Source: Eledone cirrhosa (lineage: Eukaryota). Taken from it: a stretch of DNA of 64,000 nucleotides. Every line of letters starts with the position of its first letter. Positions within the stretch are counted from its first letter, which is position 1. The notes under the pieces were generated by a model. The model worked only from the letters and a program-made list of their open reading frames with translations. It was not told the origin of the DNA and made no database searches. The stretch is from contig OZ024764.1 of the NCBI GenBank assembly GCA_964016885.1, positions 11,036,001-11,100,000 of the forward strand, given 5' to 3'. The position numbers and the translations under genes were made by a program. Below are positions 63,374 through 64,000 of the stretch, piece by piece.

Positions 63374-64000
63374 GAGGCATAAAACTGATGGATCAGGTTA
63401 TGAAAGTGGCAGAAAGAATATTAGCGCAACCAATTAAAGAAAGGGTCAAATTAGATGAGATGCAGTTTGGTTTTGTGCCTGGGAAAAGTACAACAGATGC
63501 CCTCTTCTTAGTGAGACAACTACAAGAGAGGTTCTTATAGAAGAATAAGCCACTATACTTAGCTTTTGTTGATCTAGAGAAGGTCTTTGATTGGGTACCC
63601 CGATCTGTTGTCTGGTGGTCCCTAAGGAAACTAGATGTAGAGGAATGATTTGTGAGGACAGTGCAAACTTTGTACAGAGGTGCTGTCAGTAAAGTCAGTG
63701 AAGGAATGGAGTTGTGAGGAATTCCAGATACAAGTAGGAGTACATCAATTCGGTCCTCAGTTCGCTCTTGTTCATTATAGTCCTCCAAGCTATAACAGAG
63801 GAGTTTAAGACTGGCTGCCCATGGGAACAGTAGAGGAGCTAGAGAATAAATTCTGGCTATGGAAACAACAGATGGAATCAAGAGGACTGAGAGTGAACTT
63901 ATGCAATGGCTGAAGAGAAATGAAGCAAGCATGCTCTGTTGGATGTGCAATGTCAATGTGCGTGAACAACCAAGCATGGATGAGTTGAGAGAGTAACTGT
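63370..64000 (+). pseudogene. Heavily decayed RTE RT fragment with stops and deletions, running off the window
   Basis: NRGIKLMDQVMKVAERI...QFGFVPGKSTTDALFLVRQLQERFL* followed by degenerate FVDLEKVFD and later motifs. Confidence 0.85.

Overview
Eukaryotic, repeat-dominated window, most likely from an octopod cephalopod (inferred from the tRNA-derived SINEs, RTE and CR1-group LINEs and long (TA)n tracts; not verified by search). It holds one intact host gene on the minus strand with five coding exons (49296-48972, 48019-47841, 44764-44607, 14899-14742, 12838-12774). All introns are GT-AG, phases are consistent, and the 885-nt CDS gives a 294-aa secreted protein (signal peptide, degenerate PAN/apple-like module, Trp/Cys-rich C-terminal domain). 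Its third coding intron (29.7 kb) is ~99% one 82-bp satellite (~360 copies) whose unit carries a CTAAC branch-point motif on the gene strand. Also present: an apparently full-length RTE LINE (1039-aa APE-RT-PHD ORF) preceded by a 4.3-kb three-level tandem array, several decayed RTEs, a CR1-group 3' end expanded into a 61-bp array, two non-autonomous Helitrons (one with a 189-bp helicase-derived array), a TA-flanked MITE, SINEs (one with filled and empty sites both in the window, two sharing the RTE tail) and a Penelope-like GIY-YIG fragment. Four inverted-repeat elements carry seven minimal hammerhead ribozyme motifs of three sequence families. A 1.2-1.4 kb block repeated 58 kb apart may be the promoter and first exon of tandem paralogs. 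Most long ORFs in the supplied track are microsatellite artefacts.
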